From Octopus vulgaris (taxonomy: Eukaryota), in assembly GCA_951406725.2 (NCBI GenBank), contig OX597835.1, forward strand, positions 18,538,001-18,602,000: 64,000 bases of DNA. The letters are read 5' to 3'. The notes beneath the pieces are model-generated. The model was not told the origin of the DNA, searched no databases, and was given only the letters and a program-made list of their open reading frames with translations. Below, piece by piece: positions 28,832 to 43,766 of this stretch (position 1 is its first letter; each line of letters begins with the position of its first letter). The position numbers and the translations under genes are program-made.

Positions 28832-29415
28832 ACACACTCAGGCACAGTTAAGTATAAGTAAGGATTCAGTTAGAATCAGATACTTGAAAAGACATGCCCC
28901 AGGTAGGGTTGGATAAGTCTGAAGTCTGTGGTTTTGGGCTATGCCAGTAAAGTATCCATTACGATATTCCGGTTGTGTACACAGAGAAAACCAGCCATAT
29001 GAGTATTTAGCGTGTAAGGGCTGGTCAACATCACGTGTTACTTTGTATAGTACGTTGTTGGTATACTGTAGGGTGTCCGACAAGTCAAAAACTCCCCTGG
29101 TGTATTATAATCAAATGAATAATAATATACGAATAACATACAATTGTCCATCGTATGTTATTATTCATTTGATCTATCTACCTAGCTATCAATCTCTCCA
29201 TATCTCTATTATTCTCTCTCTCTCTCTCTCTTTCTCCCTATCTATCAACAGACACACACACATACACACACACACACACACGTTTCTGTGATTAAAGTAC
29301 CGAGAAAAGCCTCGTTTGAGGCCCATCTATCCGCCTTGTTTTACAGGGCTTAAAACCATAATGGATTCTCTCTCGCATAATCATTTACCCAAAGCCAGTA
29401 ACTTTTTAACCCCCA

Positions 29416-29473
<58 letters not shown>

Positions 29474-29474
29474 G

Positions 29475-29746
29475 ATGTTCCGACATACACAATAGAAATG
29501 ATATGAAGAATTAAAGCGGTTGAATATTTTTTTTACAAGCTATTTCGGGGGGGGGGGGGCTTACTGGTCCAAAATAATGAATATAAATTGATTCCATCAT
29601 CGGATAAGACCAATCTCCGTTGCAGAAACAATTTACAATCATTATTTTGGACCACCAAGCCTCCAAAAACAACCATTGGAAGCGTAACACATTTACTTAA
29701 CCACTTTAATTCCTGATATCATTTCTGTTATGCATAAAATGGACAT
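29475..29746. repeat. ~270-bp imperfect palindrome (foldback/MITE or inverted PLE piece)
   Basis: AGAAATGATATGAAGAATTAAAGCGGTT pairs with AACCACTTTAATTCCTGATATCATTTCT; GGTCCAAAATAATGA pairs with TCATTATTTTGGACC. Confidence 0.75.
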
Positions 29747-29899
29747 TTTTTATATGTAAATACATGCACAATTTTTGTATTAAACGTAATTAATATTTTT
29801 TTCTATATGGACTTGCCTAACTTGCTTCGCCTTACATTTACTCCTCTACAAACATACATGTACTATATAGGCATATAAGTGTTGGTGTGTATATACGTG

Positions 29900-30035
<136 letters not shown>

Positions 30036-30257
30036 AATGTACGACAATTTGAATGCAAGAAGCGAGAATCAACAAAACAGGACATGCGGAAAAATAGACG
30101 ATAACCTAACGAACGGTAAACACGATAGACACAAAATCACACACACACACACACATACACACATACACACATACACTCGCATATATACATATTTTAAAAT
30201 GCTAATGTTATCACGCATAGTAAGGTGACGAGAAGCCAGAATTGCGAGCACACTGGG

Positions 30258-30440
30258 GATCATGTTTAGCAATGCATCCGTTTTTTTTTTCTTTCTGGAT
30301 ACGAATTCCGCCGAGGCTGACTTTGCTTTCATCGCTTCTGGGTCGATAATGTAAGTGTCACTTGGTCTTTGGGTATCGATGTAAACGTGTTATCGCCCTC
30401 CCTCGAAGCTGCTGGCCTTCTAACAAAAATTTGAAACCCA
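30258..30440 (+). mobile_element. SINE family B, decayed
   Basis: AATTCCGCCGAGG..GACTTTGCTTTCATC...GGGTCGATAA. Confidence 0.6.
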
Positions 30441-31467
30441 TATGAATTCGATTAATATCAATTGAAACAGTTTAGTGTTAATTTGTTAGTTTTGCGAAAT
30501 TTCTGACTAAGACACTTTTAGTGTCATAATAAAAGAAATAGCAGGAAAACTCCTTTATATATGTATCCATTAATTTTTAACAGCTTGTGTATTCACAGAA
30601 GAAATATAGTTCCAGAAATATTCTCTCTATCATGTCTACTAAACATATGAAACGAGAGAAAACAGACGGAAAAATGGCGTAAGACACTTAAAAATGTGTA
30701 ATTTACTTTATGATTTCGGCAATAAATTTTCTTGTACTTACTTTTCATTATATTAAACATCAATTTTAGAGAATAAATTGTTTTCGTGATAGATTCAGAC
30801 CTTTATTGTTTCTACCAATTATGTTGTTTTTAAAATAGTCTTTTGTTTTTCATTTACAATTTTAATATTTTACTTGTTATTTTTTTTTGTTTTTTTTTTT
30901 TTGTTTTTTCATTATAACCTTTTCTTTTTCGTATGATTATTCTTGATATATATTAATTTATATCTTTCTGATTGATAATGTCTTATTACTATTACTCTAT
31001 ATTTGATTAATTTTTTTTTTCCTTCATCCCAAGAAATCTTTATCTTTTTTTTTTTTTTCGTTTTTATTATCTGCGTCTTTCAAGACTTTCTTTTGCTTTA
31101 ATTTTTTAAACAAAACCAACCTTATTTTAATTCTGTCTTTCTGTTTATTTTAAATCTGCTGCTTTTTTCCAAAGGTTTCTCAATCTTTTTTCCCCTATTC
31201 TCATTTATCCTGTACATCTTTTCCTCAAGACCTTCCCTTCATGCACTCCTAATTTCGTCTCGTTTCCTTTGTCTCGTTTTCTGTATTTTTTCCTTCCTTT
31301 TTTATTATCACTAATCTATATATTCTTGTTCTTCCACATCCAGCTTCTTCATTATAATTAATTTTGACATCTTCATTCTTTTTATTCTTCATAGTTTTTA
31401 TGTTCGTACCCATTTTCTTTTTCGAATTTCTCCTACCCACCATTCCCCCAACCACTCTTAATTCTTC

Positions 31468-31630
31468 GTCTCCTCCTCCTCCTCCTCCTCCTTCTTCTTC
31501 TCCTTCTTCTGCTTCTTCTTCTTTTTCTCCTTCTCCTTCTCCTTCTTCTTCTTCTTCTTCTTCTTCTCCTCCTCCTTCTCCTCCTCCTTCTTCTTCTTCT
31601 TCTTCTTCTTCTTCTTCTTCTTCTTCTTCT
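31468..31630. repeat. (TCC/TCT)n polypyrimidine tract
   Basis: Direct reading; source of the poly-Arg and poly-Ser ORFs. Confidence 0.95.
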
Positions 31631-31751
31631 CACTTCCTTTCCTCCTGCATCGATTTAATCAACTATTCTCTCGTCAAACTCTTGGCCATATGCCTAAATT
31701 AGACATTATAAATTAGCAACAATTATCATAATAATAAGAACAACAACAACA

Positions 31752-31800
<49 letters not shown>

Positions 31801-31939
31801 GCAAAAATAATAATAATAATAACAACAATGATAATAACAATAATAATAATCTTCTTCGTCGTCTTCATCATCAACACCCTTTTTGTTGATGTTGTTACTG
31901 TTGTTGTTTTTATTGTTAATAATAATAATAATAATAATA

Positions 31940-31976
<37 letters not shown>

Positions 31977-32601
31977 CGATGATGATGATGATGATGATGA
32001 TAATAATAATAATGATAATAATAATATTTGTTTATTATTTTTATTCGTCTTGTCTCATTTCTTTTTTAGTTTTCTTTTTCTATCTATTATTATATTTCGC
32101 TTTTCTTCATATTCTTCATTTTCCTCGTATTCATCATTTTATTATTAATTCTACTGTATTTATTACATTGCATTTATATATTATTCTCGCCCCGACCGCG
32201 CCCCTTTCATGTTCCTGTTCCTTGTTCGTCTTGTCAATTCGGCTTTACACACACATTGTTTCGCATAGTGAACAGTTTATTAATCAACTCGCGACGTCAT
32301 TAAACAATTAACAAATCAAAGTGAAAAGAGAAAAAGATATTAAATTTTCTCGTATTTTCTTACTTTCTTTCTATTTTTTTTTTTTGGTCTTTGGTATTTT
32401 GTTTCCTCTTCTACAGAACTGTTAAATGTTAATTCGGCAATTAATCTTATCTATATATCTTCGGCTATTCTTAAAATATATACCCTACACGTATAGGAAA
32501 TCGCACGTTCATTTTTGTACACACACACGCTCACGAACACACACATACATTTGTTCATGCACTCACAAATATAGTTGTAAATATATATATATATATATAT
32601 A

Positions 32602-32634
<33 letters not shown>

Positions 32635-34193
32635 GCGTGTATATATAAATATATATATATATTCGTGTATGTATACATATATATATATACATATAATGTT
32701 TATGCAACTGGTAGGGGTATATGTATGTATAAATATACATACATATATATATGTGTGCGTGTACAATGCTTATTAAGTCATATATTGCTGCTGCCTTCGG
32801 AGGGCTTGGATATTAACAAACTGTCTTATTCTACGTTGCAAGATCACATACAGAAATAAACCAAAATAAAAACTATGGCAGACAATTAGTGAATGTTCAA
32901 ACGTCCAGCTATTTCTTTTTTTTTTTTTATTAAGCTCCGAATTTAGAAGAGAAAATTAGTTTTAGAATATATATATATATATATTTTTTTTTTTTTCTTT
33001 TCGTTTATTGTTGTCCCTAACTCCCATTGCTTCGTTTAGATGTCACTAATTACTTCACATTCACGTCTTCACGTTCTCGCATCAGTTTCTATTCATTTGT
33101 AATTAATTTTCTTGCCTTCAGCCCGAACGACATCATCACTTTGTTTTCCTCTTTCATCTTATTTAGACGAATTGTGAGGTCCGTAATCTACATTCATTAC
33201 TGCACATGTTATTAATCGAACTCAGCCAATGACAATTGAGCTTAATGAAGTCCATCGATATTCGAGATAAACCATAAGGAATACCGACCTCTGTAAGGGC
33301 TGACAATAAAGCTCCTTATTAAACAACTGCTGCTCTTCTATTATTAGGGATAATAGTGCTACATCGTTAGCAGTATATGGCTAATTTTACTAATTTTACT
33401 GGTGAAGATAAAGTTAATAATACAGATGTATTGGATTATACCCACCCACACAAAATGGCGTATTACTTTTGTGAAAGACATTCGTTCAGTACAATACCAT
33501 CCGTCAAATCTCGGCTGGTTTCTACTCCACCATTAATAACAACTCAGTGATATCAGGTGAGAACCCCATTAACATTTTGATGTGTGTAATAATATCATTT
33601 GGTTTACATTCTTGGTTACTGTTTCATACGTGTTAACATTACTTGAATCGTTAGATTGTTGGACAAAATACCTCCTGTTTTATGTGCCGGCTCGTTATGT
33701 TTGATTTCAAATCCTACGAAAAACAACTTTAATTTTCATATTAAATTATCAGCCTAGAGCTGTAGTGGATCTGATTGAAAAACGCAGCATACTAAATTCT
33801 ACTTCTTCTACCATATTCTAAACTGTAGGAATGAAGATCAAGTGGATAATTCGAAACTTGGTCAAAGTACCTTTCATTATTTATGTAACTGTTCTGAATA
33901 CTTTTTTCCCGCTGAGAACCACTTAACGATTTATGTGACCGGTCACATCCCAGGTGAAGTGTTCAATCCATTAGTCACCTCCCATAAAATTCACAACTTT
34001 TGTTTATATTAAAAATAATTAAAGGTTTCAAAATTTGACACAAGGCCAGCATGTTTGGGTTGAATGGATAAGTCGATCACATGGACCCCAGTGTTCAACA
34101 GATTCTTTTTTTTTTTATCAGACCCAAAAGGTAGAACGGCAAAGTCGACCTTGGCTCTACTTGAACTCAGGACGTGAAACAAATGCTCTATTT

Positions 34194-34475
34194 TTTTACT
34201 CTTTTTTACTTGTTACAGTCATTTGACTGCGGCCATGCTGGAGCACCGCCTTTAGTCGAGCAAATCGACCACGGGACTTATTCTTTGTAAGACCAGTACT
34301 TATTCTATCGGTCTCTTTTGCCGAACCGCTAAGTGAAGGGGACGTAAACACACCAGCATCGGTTGTCAAGCAATGCTAGGGGGACAAACACAGACACACA
34401 CACACACACTTATATATATATATATACATATATATGACAGGCTTCTTTCAGTTTCCGTCTACCAAATCCACTCAC
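34194..34475 (-). mobile_element. SINE family A, 3' portion (abuts a decayed family B copy at ~34030-34190)
   Basis: Tail through CCAAATCCACTCAC. Confidence 0.85.
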
Positions 34476-34597
34476 CGCCACTAATTAAAAACAATCATTA
34501 TTATCATTTCTATCTTTAGTACAGATTCTGTTCTCTCCAACAGGTCATATAACTACGAGAACAGAATACATTACATTAGTTGTTGGAGGAACAAATA

Positions 34598-35110
34598 TTC
34601 TTTTCTACTCTAGGCACAGGGCCTGAAATTTTGGGGGAGGAAGAGAGTTGATTAGATCAACCCCAGTACGTAACTGGTATTTAATTTATCGACCCAGAAA
34701 TGATGAAAGGCAAAGTCAACCTCGGCGGAATTTGAATTCAAAACGTAAAGACAGACGAAATACCCATTTCTTTACTACACACAAGGGGCTAAACACAGAG
34801 GGGACAAACAAAGACAGACAAACGGATTAAGTCGATTATATCGACACCAGTGCGTAACTGGTACTTATTTAATCGACCTTGAAAGGATGGAAGGCAAAGT
34901 TGACCTCGGCGGAATTTGAATTCAAAACGTAAAAACAGACGAAATACCCATTTCTTTACTACCCACAAGGGGCTAAACACAGAGAGGACAAAGAAGGACA
35001 GACAAACGGATTAAGTCGATTATATCGACCCCAGTGCGTAACTGGTAGTTATTTAATCGAAAGGATGGAAGGCAAAGTTGACCTCGGCGGAATTTGAACT
35101 CAGAACGTAA
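34598..35110 (-). mobile_element. SINE family B head-less tandem array (~3 units, ~184-bp period)
   Basis: CATTTCTTTACTAC at 34766 and 34949; terminal unit carries the alternative tail. Confidence 0.85.
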
Positions 35111-35163
35111 TGCTGTGCTGCTGTTGTCACTACTATTACTACTAATAATAATAGTATCATCAT

Positions 35164-35207
<44 letters not shown>

Positions 35208-35210
<3 letters not shown>

Positions 35211-35430
35211 ATTTCTTTATTACCCACAAGGGGCTAAACACAGAGGGGAAAAACAAGGACAGACATAGGTATTAAGTCGATTACATCGACCCCAGTGAGT
35301 AACTGGTACTTAATTTATCGACCCCGAAAGAATGAAAGGCAAAGTCGACCTCGGCTGAATTTGAACTCAGAACGTAACGGCAGACGAAATACCGCTAAAC
35401 ATTTCGCCCGGCGTGCGAACGATTCTGCTA
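35208..35430 (-). mobile_element. SINE family B
   Basis: Consensus match, flanked by (CTA)n. Confidence 0.88.
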
Positions 35431-35447
35431 CCACTGTGCTAATACTG

Positions 35448-35499
<52 letters not shown>

Positions 35500-36539
35500 A
35501 AATAATAATGATAACATCATCAATATTATCATCATCATCGTCATAACCGGCGTCGTCGACATTGTCGTCGTCGTCATCATTTTTATCACAATCATCGTTG
35601 TTATATGACTATTATTATTAATAACGTTAGAAGCCATTCATCTGTCATAGTTTGTGCATTCGTTTCTTCGCAATTTTCATAATATTCCTAATCTTATCAT
35701 CCTCTAACTCCTTATTACTTGTTCTTGTTGTTGTTGTTGTTGATGAAGTATTTGTTCCTTCAGCCGTTGCTGTCGGTATCGTCGATGCTACTGTTCTATT
35801 TGTGTGTGTGTTTTTTTTTTTCTCTTTTTTTTTGTTGTTGTTATTCTTCAAGTTGTGGAATATTTTGTTTTTGTCGTTCAGTTCATTATCACAAGCCTGA
35901 AGCTTAGTAGACTAGCAAGAGAGAGAAGATCGTTGTACAAACTAATAAGAAATATCTACCGTTTAATCAAAGTTATCAATGATATCTCATTAACAGGAAA
36001 ATAACTGCAGCATAAGAAACTGTTTGAAAGGAAAGAAACCAAAGCAACAAACAACGTAAACAACGTGATACTATTTTTTTCTGTTTATACATAAATATGT
36101 GTATATTAGAGAAAAACAAGGGAGTAGACACGAACACATATCATATAGACGCACACTCATACACATAGATATATACTAATGCATACATATGTCTATGCCT
36201 GCCCCTATATATATATATATATATATGTAGGTGTATATGTGTTTGTGTGTGTATTAAATGCTAATCTTCTTGTATAGAAGTGTGCGTGCAGACATATACA
36301 CAGTTATATACTAGACGAATATCCTTAGACAAAAAAAATACCAATAAGAAACCAGAAGTAGGCGCATAAGAAGTAATGTTAGTAATAATAATAATAATAA
36401 TAATGATGTTAGTATTATTATGAATAATATTGCTAATAGGCCCGCTACCATCACCACCGCCACTACTCCTGTACCGGCTTTTGCTTCTCCTCCTCCCCTT
36501 ACTACTACTACTACAACTACTGCTACTACAACTACTACA

Positions 36540-36579
<40 letters not shown>

Positions 36580-36580
36580 T

Positions 36581-36624
<44 letters not shown>

Positions 36625-36639
36625 ATAATAATAATAATA

Positions 36640-37097
36640 ATGGGCTACAGCAAATATTCTGCTCAATACCACAGATTTGCTTGTCATTTGTTTGACCTTA
36701 ATCAGTGAGCATGTCCCTTAGTGGCTGACGATATGTGCATCTCTGATCACGAGCAGAAGTAGTGGGGGAGCATTATAACCATGTGTTGAGAGGGATTCTT
36801 TGGGGTTTGAATAATTCACCCCTGGAAACATTGGTGCTTCATTCAACATCCTTAAACAACCCTTATTCAGGGACCTTTTGAGCAGGATGGGTTACTCGAC
36901 CTGAAGAAATTTCTAAGTGGGCCCCACCTGCAAGGTCATGTGCTGTTTATCTTGATATGAGATCACCATGTCGCGCACATATGGTTATGATGCATGTGCC
37001 TAGTGTACCCTTATCAGACGGGTAGTTATGATGGGTATACTGGGCTTCGTATATTTTACCCCAGTGTCACTTTGATGGCATGAACTGCTCTCTCACA
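36640..37097 (+). mobile_element. (AAT)n-associated retroposon, copy 5 (5'-truncated)
   Basis: High similarity to 16265-16726; preceded by (AAT)n, followed by ATAATAAT. Confidence 0.9.
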
Positions 37098-37109
37098 TAA
37101 TAATCCTAT

Positions 37110-37325
37110 CTTTTAAAGGCAAAAGGCCTGAGATTTTTGGGGAAGGGTTAAGTCAATTACACAGAACTCAGTGCTCTTAGTAGTACTAATTTCATTGACC
37201 CAGAAACGATGAAATCAAAAGCTTACAGCGGCAGGATTTGAACTCAGAGTGTAAAGCTGGCGAAATGTCTCTAAGCATGTCGTCCAGCGTGCTAACGAAG
37301 TCTTTTTTTTTAGCTCGCTTCCTTA
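37110..37325 (-). mobile_element. SINE family B, decayed, alternative tail
   Basis: GGATTTGAACTCAGA...GCGTGCTAACG. Confidence 0.65.
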
Positions 37326-37882
37326 ATTCTAATGATGATGATGCTAATGATGATGATGATGTCATACAGCAATTTTTATATAATTAACACTTATATTTAA
37401 GTTGCTATACGTCCAGACACTACTGTTTCTTTCACATAATTACAAAAACCTTCAAAACTTTACTTGTAGCAGATTGCGCTACCGTTCAGTAATGTATACA
37501 GTAAAACGTACCTGATCATCATATAATTCTACACGCGCAGTCTGTTGTTTGACCCCTAAGTGTTATTTCAGTTAGGAACGCATCTGAATATTCGGCATCC
37601 CATAAAATCGTGATGAAATTAAACGACAACCATCAGAGAATGGGATTAATTCAGAAAAGGAGATGTTTCCATGAAGAACACAGCCTACACATACCGGAGT
37701 ACGCCTTCGTGCTAAATGAATAGGAATTAAAACGACCATCGCTTGTGTATATATGTATACGTAAACCACGGGCATTTTAAATATATATACCTATATGAAG
37801 GTACGCAGACACAGACACAGACACACACACATACACACATATATACATATATGTATATAAAATGTATTGAACATATACATCG

Positions 37883-37936
<54 letters not shown>

Positions 37937-37948
37937 GTATATATAAAT

Positions 37949-37982
<34 letters not shown>

Positions 37983-38081
37983 GTATGTATATAAATATTT
38001 GTCTATCTATCATGTATATATATATATATATATAGATATATATATATATGTATGTATATAAATATTTGTCTATCTATCATG

Positions 38082-38128
<47 letters not shown>

Positions 38129-39063
38129 ATGTGTGCGTGTGCATCTGTGTGTGTGTTTATATATACATATACACATATGTAGACATATGTATATATTTAA
38201 TCCTATATATTCCTGGACACACACACAGAATTCTTTGTAAAACTTTTAAATATATAAAGAATATGAGAAATAATAATGTTAGTGGCCGCAAGCTAAAAAC
38301 TGTATAGGCATAACTAATATATATATATATATATATATATATAACAAGGGCGCCATGAAGTACCAGCTTTGCTAAAATAGGAATAATGAAAATACTCCGA
38401 AGCCACAAAATCTAACGTTAGATTTTCACAAGCATGGTCGGAAAAGAAACTAAGTAGAGAGTGCGTTTGGTTGCATCCTTGACAAGGCTGCTTATAACCT
38501 TATTGCGCTTCTTCCCTCTGGCTATTGGGCTTTCATCGTGTCAGGTCCAAAACTTCAATTCATAGTTTATTTGTGATCACAAAGGAACATAGACTCAAGA
38601 GTCATGGAAAAACATAAACACAGTCACAGACAGACGGAGAGACAGACAGACACACGTACTCACACACACATACACCAACGCACACACGCATGTGTGAACT
38701 ACTGTGTGTTTATTAATATTTTCCCTCATATCCAGGAAATTGGTATAGGCCATAAATTCACTCGACGTAGAGCGAATAAATAACTATGCATTATTCTTTT
38801 TCGATGGCATATGTCTGAGAAATGCATAATTTAGAACCAGTCATATAAAAACGAGAGGTATATTGCATGTGCCTACATATATATCTAATAGGAAAGATAT
38901 GTATGTATGTAAGTATATATGTATATATATATATATATATATATGCATAGATATATATGTATGTATATATATATACATATATACAACAAAATATATACAT
39001 ATATATGTATATATATATAAAATATATATATATATATGCACATATACGTATGTATGTATATAA

Positions 39064-39095
<32 letters not shown>

Positions 39096-39202
39096 TTATC
39101 TTTATATATGTCTCTGTGTATGCATATATATATGTGTACCTATTTTCATATATATATATATATATATATGTATGTATATATGTATATATATATATGTATA
39201 TA

Positions 39203-39247
<45 letters not shown>

Positions 39248-39559
39248 GTGTATATATATATATACGCTCCCACATATGGAGACACAAACATGTACACACA
39301 CACACACATTTATGTATCAGTTGCCAGATATTCTACAGCGATGTAAGATTTTCAGTTGGTGTGAATATGAACGCGAAAATTTTCATATGGTATATGAATT
39401 GGTGTTAAAGTAATGCCTGTAGTGACAATAAATGCAGTACAAAAGCTTTGTGTTAAAAATTAATCTTAGAAGTCAAATATTTGCATAAATAATTTATTAG
39501 TTATCTAGATGGATCTGTTTTTCAAAGTCCATTATAAATATAGGACTTCGTCAAATATG

Positions 39560-39690
39560 TGTTACAGTATATTGCAATAACTTTTACTGAAAAAATGGTG
39601 CACATACGTGACATTCGTTTATGCTTACCGATATGAACTGTCCGACCGATATATCTACACAATTGCAACGCTATTGATTCTTCCGAGATG
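39560..39690 (-). pseudogene. Possible GIY-YIG remnant
   Basis: LQLCRYIGRT followed by SINECH in another frame (cf. C..YIGxT...RIxEH). Confidence 0.25.
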
Positions 39691-39887
39691 GAGGACCGAA
39701 CAGGGAACATTCAGTCAGTCGTTTTAGTAGGCCGCAACTGATATCAGATGTCTACAGCAATGTCCCGAAACACTGCAAATATATTCCTTCCTAGCGCCCG
39801 TATAACGATCATTCCGTCGGCAACACTTACTCAAGGATGCAGCTTGTAACCTCTATTTCTGTTGAATTATTTTTACTGAATCTCCAT

Positions 39888-40033
39888 ACGCAACTGGTAC
39901 TTACTTTATGGACCGCTAAATGATGAAAGGCAAAGTCGACCATGGCGGATTTTGAACTCACAACGTAAAGACAGAAGAAATACCGTTAAACATTTCGCCC
40001 GGTGTGCTAACGATTCTGCTAGCTCGCCGCCTT
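39888..40033 (-). mobile_element. SINE family B, 5' portion
   Basis: Head ...CTAGCTCGCCGCC, B box, Deu-like core. Confidence 0.85.
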
Positions 40034-40258
40034 CCCAGGAGGATATATTGAGGAACCGAATATATTGTAAAAAGAAATATAATTACTATATATACATATA
40101 TATATAAACACAAAGCTTATATAGCATAACTGAAATAGCTAACATCATTTTCAGACTTTAAATCTCTAACACACTGCTGAACTATAGATACGAAATTTTC
40201 AGGGGTTGTAAGCATATGCATACGTTCCTCTTGAATAAGTGGGAATTTCTCCGCTATC

Positions 40259-40658
<400 letters not shown>

Positions 40659-40779
40659 GAAAGAGATGGACGCTTCAATTCTATGCTGCTGCCGCATTAT
40701 GTCGTACGTGAACGAGAGGATTTGCATCCCCAACCAAGAATTTTTGATGTAACACATGTCCTTGTGGAAGCTGTTGTGC

Positions 40780-40857
40780 GCGGCTGAAGAAGGCCACAGA
40801 CATACATTATGCTTTGTTATAAATCTGTCTAATAAAGGCCCGATACATATGTACCGC
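40780..40857 (+). ncRNA. Type-I hammerhead ribozyme motif (GAAA changed to GATA)
   Basis: GCGG-CTGAAGA-A-GGCC...GGCC-C-GATA-CATATG-TA-CCGC: stem I 4 bp, stem II GGCC/GGCC, palindromic stem III ACATATGT. Confidence 0.6.
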
Positions 40858-40893
40858 TGAATCCTTCGCCTCATGATTTATTTTTATTTTGAT

Positions 40894-40983
<90 letters not shown>

Positions 40984-41304
40984 TTTTACGAAATCGTAAA
41001 AAAGACCAAAGCCGTTTGCAAAAGATAAATAACCTTATCAATCAATACCTCCTAATTTGAAAAGCTAGGAACTAAAATGATGAATTAGTGTCTGGAGACG
41101 ATAAAACAGTCGCCTGAATAGACGTCATCTCAACTGCAATTGTCCAACTTTAACTTCAGAAATCCATCGAGTAATATTACAAAACAAGCATATAACGCAA
41201 CTATAACGTTTATATTCGCATAACCCAAACAGGAAAATGAACGAATTTATATAATGTACAGTGTTTTGTGACAGGTTTTTGCAAAATATACACAAGTATA
41301 TACA

Positions 41305-41474
41305 CAGCAGGAGTGGCTGTGTGGTAAGTAGCTTGCTTACCAATCACATAGTTCCGGGTTCAGTCCCACTGCGTGGCATCTTGGGTAAGTGTCTTCTACT
41401 ATAGCCTCGGGCCGACCAAAGCCTTGTGAGTGGATTTGGTAGACGGAAACTGAAAGAAGCCCGTCGTATATATG

Positions 41475-41559
<85 letters not shown>

Positions 41560-41757
41560 ATATGTTTGTGTGTCTGTGTTTGTCCCCCTAGCATTGCTTG
41601 ACAACCGATGCTGGTGTGTTCACGTCCCCGTCACTTAGCGGTTCGGCTAAAGAGACCGATAGGATGAGTACTGGGCTTACAAAGAATAAGTTCCGGGGTC
41701 GATTTGATCGACTAAAGGCGGTGCTTCAGCATGTCCGCAGTCAAAGAGTAAGAGTAA
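41305..41757 (+). mobile_element. SINE family A, near full length, expanded internal (TA)n
   Basis: Consensus match. Confidence 0.9.
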
Positions 41758-42901
41758 GTGTAGGTAAAACAAATTTGCTAAAGCATAAATTCCTGATGTA
41801 TTAGAATTATCACCGCCTTCAGAGAAATATAATGAAGAAACAAATACATTGAAAAACTAGGAATTATTTTTCTATCAACAGCCGTAATCAGTTGACATTT
41901 TGAGAATTGGAATGGTCTTCCAACAAAGGCGGAGTTTCTTCTGAGACAGCGGAATCGGGAAAATAGTGCTATGGGCTTTTTTGCAGCGTGCGAACGCTTC
42001 TGGTACCTTAGTGTCTTGATAACAACGACAACAGCAACAACATATACGGGGCTGATCATAATAGCATTCAAATACAACGAGATGAGCAAGGACAAAGGAT
42101 TCGGGAATTAACAGTTTGGGGCTAAAAACAAAAGATATTTTAAAATACACTATTTAAATCTGACCTGTAGATCATCTTGCGCGAAGGATATATATATGGA
42201 TAAATACATTCATACATACACATATACATATATACATGCAGGCATGAATGCGTGCATACATAGATGTAAACATACATGTATGCATGCAGGCATATATAAA
42301 TAAATGTGCACAAGGATGCGGATATATATATGGACATTCATACATAATATATACATACACGCAGGTATATGTGAGTATGTATGCATGCATTCATACACAC
42401 ATTCATACACACATTCATGCAGGTACATATAACACCTACATGCTAAATTAATTACATTGAGAACAATGAAACAAGAAATTTATCTGAGAAATTTAAAACT
42501 AAAACATTCTAAAGTTAAGACCCAATCAACCAGATATTGCTATGGGAGACCACAAGAGAGAGAGGGGATATCTAAGGAATATTGACAAGCAATTTGTAAA
42601 TCTAAACAAACTGTTATATCTGCTTAAATTAGATTATTTCATTATTAGGTTATTATTCATAATTAGGTTATTTCAAATTTATTATGATAGACACAGTAAT
42701 TTTATTCTTCGAGAAAACTTCGGTACACAAAACATAGAAAATTCGTCACATGGCAAATAGTATGAAAGAACTGGTGGATGTATGATTGACTATATGCATA
42801 AAATTTATACATATGCGAACATTCAGGCAAATATATATATATAATTATAGGTGCATATGCATAATTGTAGGTACACGCGCACACACACACACACACACAC
42901 A

Positions 42902-42937
<36 letters not shown>

Positions 42938-42985
42938 GATTGATAGATAGATAGATAAATAGATACATAGATACATATATATTTT

Positions 42986-43027
<42 letters not shown>

Positions 43028-43040
43028 CATACATACATAC

Positions 43041-43178
<138 letters not shown>

Positions 43179-43724
43179 TAGCCACTGCACATTCTTTATT
43201 TTCTCTCCTTGTTTTTTTCTGCTTTCCTTTGTTTGGAAGAGCGTAGGCTTGAAGCGTTAAATACTTTTTCACTTCCCGAGCATTATACTAATACATCTGT
43301 TTGTTGTCTACACCACCTGTCTTCGAGTTTTCTTTTTTTGTGTGAATTCTCTCCCTACATATATACATACATACATATAAATATACACACACATATCTAT
43401 ATATACATATACATACATATATATATGTGTGTGTGTGTGTAAATACACGAAAATAAAAATATGTTTATATATTTTTTATTCTGTGTGAATACAATCACGT
43501 CCGTCTATCTAAACAAATATAACTCATAAAATATCTATATAGCAATTTCTGTATTTTAATACATCCCATAATTCTTCGTATTATGAAACTTGATCTCCTT
43601 CATGAAGTCTCCAGCCGTTGTGTTGGGATCGTAAATATATGCTTCCCGTCAAGTCTGATATAACTCTAACGTGCAATATCGAACACCATGCCCGTAACAA
43701 TGTAGTGAACAGTATATAATACTC

Positions 43725-43766
<42 letters not shown>

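Noticed and set aside
41860-42130. Higher-complexity stretch after a CAG acceptor-like site
   Set aside because: All three plus frames stop soon after the acceptor and no product is recognisable on either strand
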